From Nostoc sp. DedSLP01 (GTDB lineage: Bacteria; Cyanobacteriota; Cyanobacteriia; Cyanobacteriales; Nostocaceae): 64,000 nucleotides of DNA. Below are positions 1 to 9,047 of this stretch, piece by piece. Numbering within the stretch: the first letter of the stretch is position 1; every line of letters starts with the position of its first letter. Position numbers and translations under genes: made by a program. The stretch lies in assembly GCA_034530875.2 (NCBI GenBank), contig JAVRCJ020000026.1, positions 1 to 64,000 on the forward strand, given 5' to 3'. A model generated the notes under the pieces. That model saw only the letters and a program-made list of their open reading frames with translations. It was not told the origin of the DNA and did no database searches.

Positions 1-143
1 GGTCAACGTCGAGCCTCAGAAGGTCAACGTCGAGCCTCAGAAGGTCAACGTTGAACCTCAGAAGGTCAAAGTTGAGCTTCAGAAGGTCAAAGTTGAGCCT
101 CGGAAGGTCAAAGTTGAGCCTCGGAAGGTCAAAGTTGAGCCTA
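1..143 (+). repeat. 21-bp tandem repeat (about 7 copies, cut by the window edge)
   Basis: Units GGTCAAcGTcGAGCCTCaGAA start at 1, 22, 43, 64, 85, 106 and 127. One frame reads as a KV(N/K)VEP(Q/R) heptapeptide ending at TGA 170-172. Confidence 0.9.
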
Positions 144-155
144 TACAAAATAAAC

Positions 156-179
156 TTTTATATCATATATGATATAAAA
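156..179. promoter_or_regulatory. 24-bp perfect palindrome, likely operator of the XRE gene
   Basis: TTTTATATCATA|TATGATATAAAA, ending 14 bp before ATG 194. Confidence 0.6.
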
Positions 180-193
180 ATGAAATTAGTATT

Positions 194-508
194 ATGGATG
201 AAGCCAAAAGAAAAAGGCTAGAAGAAAAGGGCTGGAAAGTTGCAACTGTTGCAGAATTTTTAGAACTTACACCAGAGGAAGCCACCCTCATCGAGATTAA
301 ACTAGCCCTTAGTCGCAACCTGAAAGAACGACGACAGAAGTTAATGACTCAAGCGGAATTAGCAGAAAAACTTCATACTAGTCAACCGCGTATAGCTAAT
401 GCGGAAAATGGCGATGCATCAGTTTCCATAGAAATGTTAATCCGAGCAATGCTGGCAACAGGTGCAACACGTCAAGAAATTGGACAAGTTATTGCCAAGG
501 TGGGCTGA
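194..508 (+). CDS. XRE-family HTH transcriptional regulator / HigA-like antitoxin
   Basis: HTH_3 motif MTQAELAEKLHTSQPRIANAENG. Confidence 0.85.
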   Translation: MDEAKRKRLEEKGWKVATVAEFLELTPEEATLIEIKLALSRNLKERRQKLMTQAELAEKLHTSQPRIANAENGDASVSIEMLIRAMLATGATRQEIGQVIAKVG

Positions 509-585
509 TGTTGTTTTGTTGTAAAGGGTTCAAGCAACTGTTGTTGTTGTATAATTTTGCTTTTGTATTCTTAATGGTATAAGAG

Positions 586-1764
586 ATGACGCCTCAATTT
601 GAATACAGCACTCTTGCCCATCCCCAGGATATTCAGCAGCTTGCGACTATCTTTAAACAGTGTTTCGTCAACGCAATTGGTGGCGAAGAAGTTTACATCA
701 ACCAAATTGGCGTAGAAAACTTTCGCATTATTCGTCAGTCAGAACAATTAATTGGTGGGTTGGCTACTCTGAATATGGGTCAGTGGTGGGGCGGTCAGCG
801 CGTACCAATGACAGGAATTGCTGTAGTTGCTATTGCTCCAGAATACCGTGGTTCGGGAGGAGCGATCGCTCTCATGCAGCACACCCTCAAAGAACTTTAT
901 GCCAAAGGCATACCGCTTTCTGCTCTTTATCCAGCCGTACAAGGTCTGTATCGCAAAGTCGGGTACGAACAAGGGGGTAGCTGGTACATTTGGGAAGTTG
1001 CAACCAACGCCATTGGAGTACGGGAGCAACCCCTACCTTTGCAACCAGTGGTTCCAATAAATCTTGAACTCTTTCACGAACTATATCAGCAGCAGGCAAA
1101 ACTCACGCACGGATATTTAGACCGACACCCCGCAATCTGGCAGGGATTAATTCAACCAAATGAAAAGGAAATGACTTATGCTTATTTCATCGGTACAAAA
1201 GACCAACCCCAAGGTTACATCATCTTTACTCAAGAACGAACGCAGGATGGTGAAATCATTGTTATAAAAGATTGGGTAGTCAAAACACTTGCTGCTACAC
1301 AAACTTTGTGGTCTCTTCTAGCCAGCCATCGCTCCCAAATTCAGCGGGTGCGTTGGAAGAGTTCTGCAATTGATACCCTGACATTGGCATTACCAGAGCA
1401 AACTGCCAAGATAGCGACTCAATTTCGCTGGATGCTGCGGATAGTAGATTTAGTCAAGGCGCTAGAGATGCGGGGTTATCCGTTGGGAATTGAAACTGAA
1501 CTGCACCTAGACATTCAAGATAAATTACTAGACGCAAACAATGGTAAATTCATCCTTTCTGTCGCCAATGGACGCGGTGAAGTTAAAAAAGGTGGAAAAG
1601 GTGAGTTGCAGCTAGATATCCGAGAACTAGCACCAATATATACAAGTTTGTTTTCTCCCTACCATCTGCAAATAGCCGGAAAACTGCATGGCACAGAAAC
1701 AGCTATTTCAGCAGCTACGCAAATATTTGCAGCTAGTTCTCCTTGGGTGGCTGATTTCTTTTAA
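586..1764 (+). CDS. Eis-like GNAT N-acetyltransferase
   Basis: VAIAPEYRGSG and LYRKVGYE motifs, C-terminal SCP2-like region ending in DFF. Confidence 0.85.
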   Translation: MTPQFEYSTLAHPQDIQQLATIFKQCFVNAIGGEEVYINQIGVENFRIIRQSEQLIGGLATLNMGQWWGGQRVPMTGIAVVAIAPEYRGSGGAIALMQHTLKELYAKGIPLSALYPAVQGLYRKVGYEQGGSWYIWEVATNAIGVREQPLPLQPVVPINLELFHELYQQQAKLTHGYLDRHPAIWQGLIQPNEKEMTYAYFIGTKDQPQGYIIFTQERTQDGEIIVIKDWVVKTLAATQTLWSLLASHRSQIQRVRWKSSAIDTLTLALPEQTAKIATQFRWMLRIVDLVKALEMRGYPLGIETELHLDIQDKLLDANNGKFILSVANGRGEVKKGGKGELQLDIRELAPIYTSLFSPYHLQIAGKLHGTETAISAATQIFAASSPWVADFF

Positions 1765-1805
1765 TGGGGATTAAGGGTGCTGATTTTTGAGTAGCCCCTT
1801 TCCGG

Positions 1806-1978
1806 TAGGGTGTAGGGTGTAGGGGAAGAATTAAGCTCCAAAGAAAAAGGATACAAGAAAGAGCTTTCAAGCATGGAAAAACAAAAAAGATGTATTTAGA
1901 GGTCAAAGCCGGAAAAATACGGCATCCTTCCTTGAAACACCTGCTTTTAAGTATAGGTTACCCACACCCCACACCCTA
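1806..1978. repeat. Intergenic element bounded by imperfect inverted heptamer repeats
   Basis: TAGGGTGTAGGGTGTAGG on the left and CCCACACCCCACACCCTA on the right. Confidence 0.5.
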
Positions 1979-2067
1979 TACTCTTTTCATTAAGGAGTTA
2001 AGAGTTATTCTGATGTTAAGTCTGTAATTTCCTGCTTTGATATCAAATTTGATGGCAGAGAACCTAG

Positions 2068-2496
2068 TCAATTTGTCCAATCCTCCAGCACCAAATTGGG
2101 AATTTCAGAGAAATCCTTTTGGTTACGAGTAACCATTACCGCATTCATTGATAGAGCGATTGCAGCTATTCGCAAATCTTTCTGTAATCTTTTTTTGTTT
2201 AGTTGCCGATTTTCTCTAAGTAAACCTTGATAGCAAGTGTAAGCAGCATTATCAAAATTGAGTATTCTCACTCCTTTGAAATACTCTTGAGTAGTCCACA
2301 GTTTAGTATAAAGGTTGACTAAATTTACAGATTCAGTTCGGTCATTAATTTTGACTACCCATCCGTTAAAAATTTCTTGAACTGTGACAATGGTGATAGC
2401 AAGATTGGGATAAACTTGAGCAACTTTAGATATAACAGCTTGGTTTCCTTGAAGTAAAAGCGAAACATGGTCTGTGTCGAGTACATAAAAACTCAT
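2068..2496 (-). CDS. vapC: VapC-family PIN domain toxin
   Basis: YVLDTD, QE, DLRIAAIAL and VTRNQKDF PIN motifs. Confidence 0.9.
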   Translation of the reverse strand: MSFYVLDTDHVSLLLQGNQAVISKVAQVYPNLAITIVTVQEIFNGWVVKINDRTESVNLVNLYTKLWTTQEYFKGVRILNFDNAAYTCYQGLLRENRQLNKKRLQKDLRIAAIALSMNAVMVTRNQKDFSEIPNLVLEDWTN

Positions 2497-2532
2497 CCTG
2501 CATTTCTCAATCTAGATCGAACTATCAGCTTT

Positions 2533-2943
2533 TTAATCTTCTTCTACTGCGTTACGTTCTGCTCTAAGGTTATTAGCAATCTCAGCAAAATCTGCATCAT
2601 CTTTAAACACACCCGCAAATTTCATCCAAGGATTTTCTGCTTCGCTTTGAGGCAATTGAATTTCTATTGGAATAATTTCTATCTTTTCAAGACGAATTGA
2701 CAAAAATTCTTTCAATTCAAGTAATGCTTGTTCAGTAGTAGGCGCTTCAACCTGAGTGTTGGGAAATTCCAAGACAGAAGCTATTACATTTCCTTCATTG
2801 TTACGTTCCAGTAAGATATGTAACTTTAAGTTTTCAGACTGAGGTAGTGTTACGGAGGAGAAATTAATAAGCATATTTTTATTTATTAACAAGCCTGGAA
2901 CAATAATGTACTCTTCTACATTTAGCATACAGGGCAGGAGCAT
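2533..2943 (-). CDS. HicB-like antitoxin partner of VapC (start probably 2874)
   Basis: ASVLEFP..VEAPTTEQAL HicB-like N-terminus and NPWMKFAGVFKDD tail; directly upstream of vapC. Confidence 0.7.
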   Translation of the reverse strand: MLLPCMLNVEEYIIVPGLLINKNMLINFSSVTLPQSENLKLHILLERNNEGNVIASVLEFPNTQVEAPTTEQALLELKEFLSIRLEKIEIIPIEIQLPQSEAENPWMKFAGVFKDDADFAEIANNLRAERNAVEED

Positions 2944-3076
2944 AACTTTCTAAGTTGCCAACAAGTTATACCAATTCTCTAAAATTCGGCAACAGATTCA
3001 AACATTGAAACCTAGATAAAATCTGAATTCCTTTATTGCGTTAGCGTAGCGGGGTATAGCCCATTGCGAACTGGTC

Positions 3077-3373
3077 TCACTCCCAAGTAGATACATTTCG
3101 CAGCACATCTGGAATTTCGCCTTGAGACAACGGAAACTCTAATATCGTTTCTCTGTAACCCAAATACCCAGATTCAGTAAACGATAAAAGCATTCGTGCA
3201 AGCGCTAGCCAAACCTCCGGTTCGTATTCCCAATCACGATAGCGCGAAGCTTGACCAGCAATTGAACGTAGCGCCCAGAAATAAGAATTTCTCACCACAG
3301 AACCACCTTTTTTAAATTCTGGCAAATCCTCATGGTGGATAAAAAGTACTTTATTTTCAATTCTGGCTTTCAT
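3077..3373 (-). CDS. Conserved hypothetical protein
   Basis: 98-aa ORF with natural composition, no recognisable motif. Confidence 0.7.
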   Translation of the reverse strand: MKARIENKVLFIHHEDLPEFKKGGSVVRNSYFWALRSIAGQASRYRDWEYEPEVWLALARMLLSFTESGYLGYRETILEFPLSQGEIPDVLRNVSTWE

Positions 3374-3499
3374 GGAAAGTTTGGATTTTAGATTTTAGAT
3401 TTTAGATTTTGGATTCAAATCCTTGGGTAAAGACGCGATTCATCGCGTCTCTACAAATGTTTTATTTGTCGTGTTCTTTTTTCTATTGCCTATTCCCTG

Positions 3500-5872
3500 C
3501 TATATTCCCCAAATTTTGATAGTTCGATCTGCGCTAGCACTGATGAGTAAGTTGCCATCGGGATTAATGGCTACAGAATTTACCGTCTCTGAATGTCCAG
3601 TTAGGGTTTGCAATAGTTCGCCTGTGGAAAATCGCCAAATCTTGATGGTTTTGTCGGCACTGCCGCTAATTAACATTGTTCCATCGGGGCTAACGGCTAA
3701 AGATTCTACCGTATCTGAATGTCCAGTTAATGTGTGTAGCAGTTTGCCAGTATCCAAATACCAAATTTTGATGGTTGTGTCAGCGCTACCAGTGAACAGA
3801 AGTTGTCCATCAGGACTCATGGCAATTGATTTTACTTCGCCATCGTGACCGTTAAGCGTGCTTAATGGGTCGCCTGTGCGTGGATTCCACAATCTAATTT
3901 TGTTGTCAGAACTACCACTGGCAAGGACTGTACCATCAAGGCTGATTGCGACGGCATGAACGGAGGATGAATGCCAAAGGGTACAAATGCGGTCGCCTTT
4001 TTGTAAGTTCCAAATTTTGATTTTATTACTACCGCTGGCAAGGATTGTACCATCTGGGCTAATTGCTACAACATTTACTGGTTTTTGATGCCCTAAAAGT
4101 GTATGCAATACTTTGCCTGTTTTCAAATGCAAGACTTTGACGTTACTTTTGGGGTGTTCGCAGCTACCAACAGCGAGAAAATTACCATCGGGACTCATGG
4201 CTACGGATGAAACTTCACCCAAATTTTCTGTGAGAGTGCGAATTCGTTTGCCAGTTTTGAGGTTCCAGAGATTGATGGTTTTGTCTGCACAGCCGCTAAC
4301 TAATATCTCGCCGTCAGGACTAACGGTCACGGAGGTGACTTTGCCAGTATGTCCGGTTAGGGTGTACCTAAGATTGACAGCTTCTAAGGTGTGCTTTTGT
4401 TTGAGATTAGCGATCGCATTTAACAGTTTCTCTACACTGAGAATACTTTGGCGATCGCCCACCGCTGTAAAATATTCTTTTAAATGTTGGAAATATTGTT
4501 CATCTTCAATTCTTACGGCTGATTGCATTGCCTCCAACGAGTTAGCAAATCCTTGCGGTGAAACTTGACGTAATTCCAACCATGTGCTTATAGAATAATC
4601 AATTTGTTCTTGCGCCCAAGTGCGATCGGGTAAATGGGATAAACTTTGAGCTAATTGCAAAGCCAACTCTGGAACCCAATAACGTCGCTCTATTTCGAGA
4701 GCTTGATAAACTTGTTTGTAACCTGTGGCGTATACCCGAAGCGGATTGTCATCAGACATTGCTTGCACAGATTCTAAATTCAGAGCATCTTTGAGCAAAC
4801 TTGGCAGCAACTTTGGCAGTAATGGCGGTACATCATTATGAATCAAGTGATAGATATCCGCTACCCAAGCAGCAACCAGAAAATGACAAGTAATCAACAC
4901 CTGGCAAAGTTTTTCAAAATCTTGATGGTTAACTTTGTATTGCAAAGATAACTTACTAATATCAATTCCTTGAGTCTGCCATTTTTGTGCCTTTTCTAAG
5001 ATTGCCAAATTAAATACATTATCGTTGCCTAAAAGATTGATTTCTTCTAAACTTTCTCCCAACGCTAAGAGTTCGTCTCTAATTTTTTTCCACTCCAAAG
5101 CCCGACTTTTAGCAGATTCATAAAGAATTTCTTTATAGGATAACCGCGCAATTGTTTTGTAGTAATAATTTTCTTGTTTTAGCCCCCAATATGCAATCCG
5201 AAAATTTAGGTAATCTCCCTCATTCTCTGACTCTAAAATTAAAATTGGCTCTGTTTTTAATATGCCATACAGAGCCTTAATACTTGATTCGCTATGAAAA
5301 CGTTTGCTATCCCAAGCTCCCGCTAAAAATTCTGTTGGCCTCACCGGATTATGCAGAGAGTAATGCTGGTTAAACAAGTTTCTTAAACCTTCAGCCAGCA
5401 TTAACTCTAATTCTGAATTGCCATCAGTACTATGTCCAAATTTGTCAAACTTAATTTGTGGAGGAGCAAGAAAAATTTTAAGTGGAATCCTTCCTTGAAT
5501 TGTCTGAGATTCTAAAATTTGTGAAGGGTATAATCTTAAAGGCCAGTTATCAAAAATTTTGTGAATTTCTGGTAACTTGAGAGTAGTCTCTGTTTCTTGA
5601 TTTGCTACTTGTAGCTGTGTATCCCGCTGATAAACTGCTAATTGTTGTTGCAAAACTTTTGTTTTTTCAAAGTCTGAATCAGAACTATCGTTTTCAGTTG
5701 TTACCTTGACAACTTGGATAACTTCTTTAATAACTTTTGGCAAGAGATAATTATTTTGACTCAGACTTTCTTCCGTTCTTTTTTGTATGATATCTACAAT
5801 TACAGGTGCAAACTCTAATACAAGCTGAATTAGTAATCTTAGCCCTGGCTCCATAAGGAGATTCCTATTCAA
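3500..5872 (-). CDS. WD40-repeat protein with an uncharacterised N-terminal region
   Basis: Seven C-terminal GH..V.S.A.SPDG..L.SGS.D.TIKIW repeats. Confidence 0.9.
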   Translation of the reverse strand: MNRNLLMEPGLRLLIQLVLEFAPVIVDIIQKRTEESLSQNNYLLPKVIKEVIQVVKVTTENDSSDSDFEKTKVLQQQLAVYQRDTQLQVANQETETTLKLPEIHKIFDNWPLRLYPSQILESQTIQGRIPLKIFLAPPQIKFDKFGHSTDGNSELELMLAEGLRNLFNQHYSLHNPVRPTEFLAGAWDSKRFHSESSIKALYGILKTEPILILESENEGDYLNFRIAYWGLKQENYYYKTIARLSYKEILYESAKSRALEWKKIRDELLALGESLEEINLLGNDNVFNLAILEKAQKWQTQGIDISKLSLQYKVNHQDFEKLCQVLITCHFLVAAWVADIYHLIHNDVPPLLPKLLPSLLKDALNLESVQAMSDDNPLRVYATGYKQVYQALEIERRYWVPELALQLAQSLSHLPDRTWAQEQIDYSISTWLELRQVSPQGFANSLEAMQSAVRIEDEQYFQHLKEYFTAVGDRQSILSVEKLLNAIANLKQKHTLEAVNLRYTLTGHTGKVTSVTVSPDGEILVSGCADKTINLWNLKTGKRIRTLTENLGEVSSVAMSPDGNFLAVGSCEHPKSNVKVLHLKTGKVLHTLLGHQKPVNVVAISPDGTILASGSNKIKIWNLQKGDRICTLWHSSSVHAVAISLDGTVLASGSSDNKIRLWNPRTGDPLSTLNGHDGEVKSIAMSPDGQLLFTGSADTTIKIWYLDTGKLLHTLTGHSDTVESLAVSPDGTMLISGSADKTIKIWRFSTGELLQTLTGHSETVNSVAINPDGNLLISASADRTIKIWGI

Positions 5873-6463
5873 TAAATAACACTAACACTGTGCCCAAAAT
5901 CTCAATAATAACCGAGCGCTGGAAATTGCATAGAGACTTCTTTTACTTTTTGTCTATGCAATGTCATCTATTGAAAAAGATAACATGTATTGCTCCAAGT
6001 TTCAGCAAACAGCTAACAGGTGTCACCTTTAAAAGCTAAGCTACCATCAAGTATTTGTTTGAATTAATGTGTATTTCACCAAGCAATAAAACGGTTATAA
6101 GTAGGCAGACATAAATAATTGTAATTAGGAAAAGGCAGGAGGCAGGAGACAGGGGGCAGGAGTCAAGAGTTTTTCAACTCTCTTGAAGTTGATTCATACA
6201 GTTAAGTTTATTTTTGTCTTTTTACTTAGCAAGCCTAAATGCTCGGTCAAAAAATCTATTGTCTCTTCCCCACTACCTAAAAGACGCGATTACAGCAATT
6301 TTCACGTAAATAGATCGCGTTGTAGGGGATTATGGTTTAAATAGATGAAAAACGCTGTAATGAGCCAGCGTGTTCCGGAGATTCCGACGGCAGCCGCATC
6401 CCTTTCCTTTGGGATGCTTTGGGAACGGGGAAGCGAGCTACATAGGAAAACCTCCAAAGTTCT

Positions 6464-6853
6464 TTAAAATCTTATCCCTAGTTGCCCATTAAAGCCACGA
6501 ATGGAATTGTAACCAGCACCTAGAAAAACATTATCGGTAGCGCCTACTTGAACGCCACCTGAAACTGCAACGCCTTTATCTTCTGAATATAGTCCTACTC
6601 CTACATAAGGCGAAATTACAGGCAAACTGATAAATTTCAAAACATCTACTCCTGTAGCACCATCAGGGCCAGTTCCGAGTTCAACCCCGAAATTTAAAGC
6701 CCTAGCTCCTACAGCATAAGTTACATCGCCATCTTTACCCCCGACTGAAACCCAAGGTTGCGGTATCAGTTGAGCTGATGCTTGACTTGGAGCAAGTAAA
6801 GTCAAAAATCCTATAGATGTAATTAATGTTTTAGCAATAATCGCTATTTTCAC
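6464..6853 (-). CDS. Secreted/outer-membrane hypothetical protein
   Basis: Signal peptide, Gly-rich amphipathic beta strands, terminal Phe. Confidence 0.7.
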   Translation of the reverse strand: MKIAIIAKTLITSIGFLTLLAPSQASAQLIPQPWVSVGGKDGDVTYAVGARALNFGVELGTGPDGATGVDVLKFISLPVISPYVGVGLYSEDKGVAVSGGVQVGATDNVFLGAGYNSIRGFNGQLGIRF

Positions 6854-7065
6854 GTTGATTTCCTATATAGCTGGCGAGGGTGATTGTTTGTCAGAACTAC
6901 CTTATTTCTTTACTGCTATTCATTAAGGTTCGTCCATGATGGCTAATGGTGACGCAATGCTATTCGTCTCGGTGCCCGCTAAGATTAGCCTATACAAGAA
7001 ATAAATGCCAATATCCTTGCGTTAAGGGACTTGCATATAAAAAAATATCTTACTTTTCTTGTGTT

Positions 7066-7125
7066 GTGGGGTGGACATCTTGTCCGCCCTTTGCACTGGG
7101 CGGGCGAGACGCCCACCCCACAAGA
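7066..7125. repeat. REP-like GC-rich palindromic element
   Basis: TTGTGGGGTGGACATCTTGTCCGCCC...GGGCGGGCGAGACGCCCACCCCACAA. Confidence 0.6.
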
Positions 7126-7418
7126 TTGAATAATTTATTTGCCGTCATCCGTCAGTGGGAAACATAATTAATCTTTGGCTCGTCCTTCGGCTAGATTAAC
7201 AATGTCTGTTGTTGTCAACTCACATCACAAACAAAATTCTCAGCGATTTACTTTTGATAAGTAATGATGATTTATCGTGCTTATATGATCCCAAATCTCA
7301 TCTCAAAAAATAAATTCACGGGATTTGTAACTTTTTTCCGGAAGTTCAGCACGGTCATCAGAAACAATCTAAGTCAAGCTGATTACTTGCTACATACTTG
7401 CACATCTACACTCACACC

Positions 7419-8720
7419 ATGAAATCACATTTAGTAGCGATCGCTTTGGGCAGCTTGGTTTTAGTTGCAGGACAAGCTAGAGCCTCACAATTGCAATCTT
7501 GGTACTTTGATTCTACCCAAAATCAATTAGATTTAACTACTACTTCTGGAATCCAACCAAAAGCATTTTTATTAGATAATCCTAGTCGATTGGTAATTGA
7601 CTTACCTGGAACTAATTTTAATTCTGATACCGTCAAACAAAGTTTTGGCAGTGCGGTTAGAGAGGTTCGCATCGGCAAACCAGACTTGCAAACAACGCGT
7701 TTTGTCGTGGAATTAGCTCCTGGTTATGATGTTAATTCTCAAAATATCTCAATTAAAGGCGATTCTCCTTCCCATTGGATTTTTAAATTCAATTCATTTG
7801 CTCGCCCAAATAATTCTATTCTGGGAGAAAATAGAGAAGATATTGCCATTAATCCTACAGATGCATCCACGTTTGCTGGAGTTGTCAATCTCGGTCAAGA
7901 GATGGTTGGTATCACTTCTCAAATTCGCACATTGTTAGCAAGTTATAAATCATTAAATCCGGGAATATTTTTCTTAGATTTAGATACAGGAAATTATATA
8001 GATATTAATGGCGAAAAAAGATTTGCTGCTGCCAGTACAATCAAATTTCCCTTGTTAGTAGCTCTTTTTCAAGAAATAGATGCTGGCAGAATTAAACTCA
8101 CAGATAAATTAGTAATGCGGCGCGATTTAAAGGTTGGTGAGTCGGGAACTATGCAATACAAACCCGTCGGTACTAAATTCAGCGTTCTGGAAACTGCAAC
8201 GTTGATGATGACAATCAGCGATAATACCGCAACAAATCTGATTCTCGATCGCTTGGGTGGTGCAGCGAAAGTTAGCCAACGTTTTCGGAATTGGGGATTG
8301 CAAAATACGGCAATTCGGAATCTACTTCCAGATGTTGGTGGCACAAATACAACTAGTTCCAAAGATTTGGTGAGATTGGCAGCCTTAGTTTCTAATAATC
8401 GTCTGCTATCGCCAAACAGCCGCGATCGAGTTTTAGACATTATGCGTCATGTCAAAACCAATACTTTACTACCAGCTGGTATCGGTCAAGGAGCCACCAT
8501 CGCCCACAAAACTGGTACGTTGAGATTTATTATTGGTGATGCAGGTATTATTAAAATGCCCAGCGGCAAAAGCTATTTAGCAGGGGTTTTGGTACAAAGA
8601 CCAAACTACGATCCCAAAGCTGGAGATTTTGTTCGTGAAGTTTCCAGAAGAGTTTATAACTATCTAGACCAGACCAAAATCAGCAATATCCAAGCCTCAT
8701 TTAGCGATCGCACTCGTTAG
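7419..8720 (+). CDS. AMIN domain + class A beta-lactamase-like serine hydrolase
   Basis: Signal peptide, AMIN motif PSRLVIDLP, SxxK (STIK), SDN and KTG motifs. Confidence 0.9.
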   Translation: MKSHLVAIALGSLVLVAGQARASQLQSWYFDSTQNQLDLTTTSGIQPKAFLLDNPSRLVIDLPGTNFNSDTVKQSFGSAVREVRIGKPDLQTTRFVVELAPGYDVNSQNISIKGDSPSHWIFKFNSFARPNNSILGENREDIAINPTDASTFAGVVNLGQEMVGITSQIRTLLASYKSLNPGIFFLDLDTGNYIDINGEKRFAAASTIKFPLLVALFQEIDAGRIKLTDKLVMRRDLKVGESGTMQYKPVGTKFSVLETATLMMTISDNTATNLILDRLGGAAKVSQRFRNWGLQNTAIRNLLPDVGGTNTTSSKDLVRLAALVSNNRLLSPNSRDRVLDIMRHVKTNTLLPAGIGQGATIAHKTGTLRFIIGDAGIIKMPSGKSYLAGVLVQRPNYDPKAGDFVREVSRRVYNYLDQTKISNIQASFSDRTR

Positions 8721-9047
8721 TAACAAGTTAAAGGGAGTGGGGAGTTATTAGACCTGCCTTGAGAATAGGGAGTAGGGAATGGGGAGTGGGGAATGGGGAA
8801 TAGGGAAAATAAATTTTCATTGTTCCTTGTGAGCGCAACTCATGGAGTAAGAGTGCAAAAGTGTTTTTTGCACTCTTGTGGTCAAAAGTACTCATCTTTA
8901 TTGGGGAAAGGAAAATACCAAACCTTTCCCTTTACCCTTTACCCTACTTCTGCAAGAAGTCTATTATTCTCATCCTCAATAAATATAGGGGCGTACAACT
9001 AACTGTACGCCCCTATATTTCTATATCTGGTATTTCGCGAACTGCTT

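Noticed and set aside
1..143. 21-bp tandem repeat as a CRISPR array
   Set aside because: Units are contiguous with no unique spacers.
3423..4568. Plus-strand ORFs antisense to the WD40 repeats, and similar shadow ORFs such as 42480-43022 and 51243-51809
   Set aside because: They are antisense shadows of well-supported genes and show no protein motifs.
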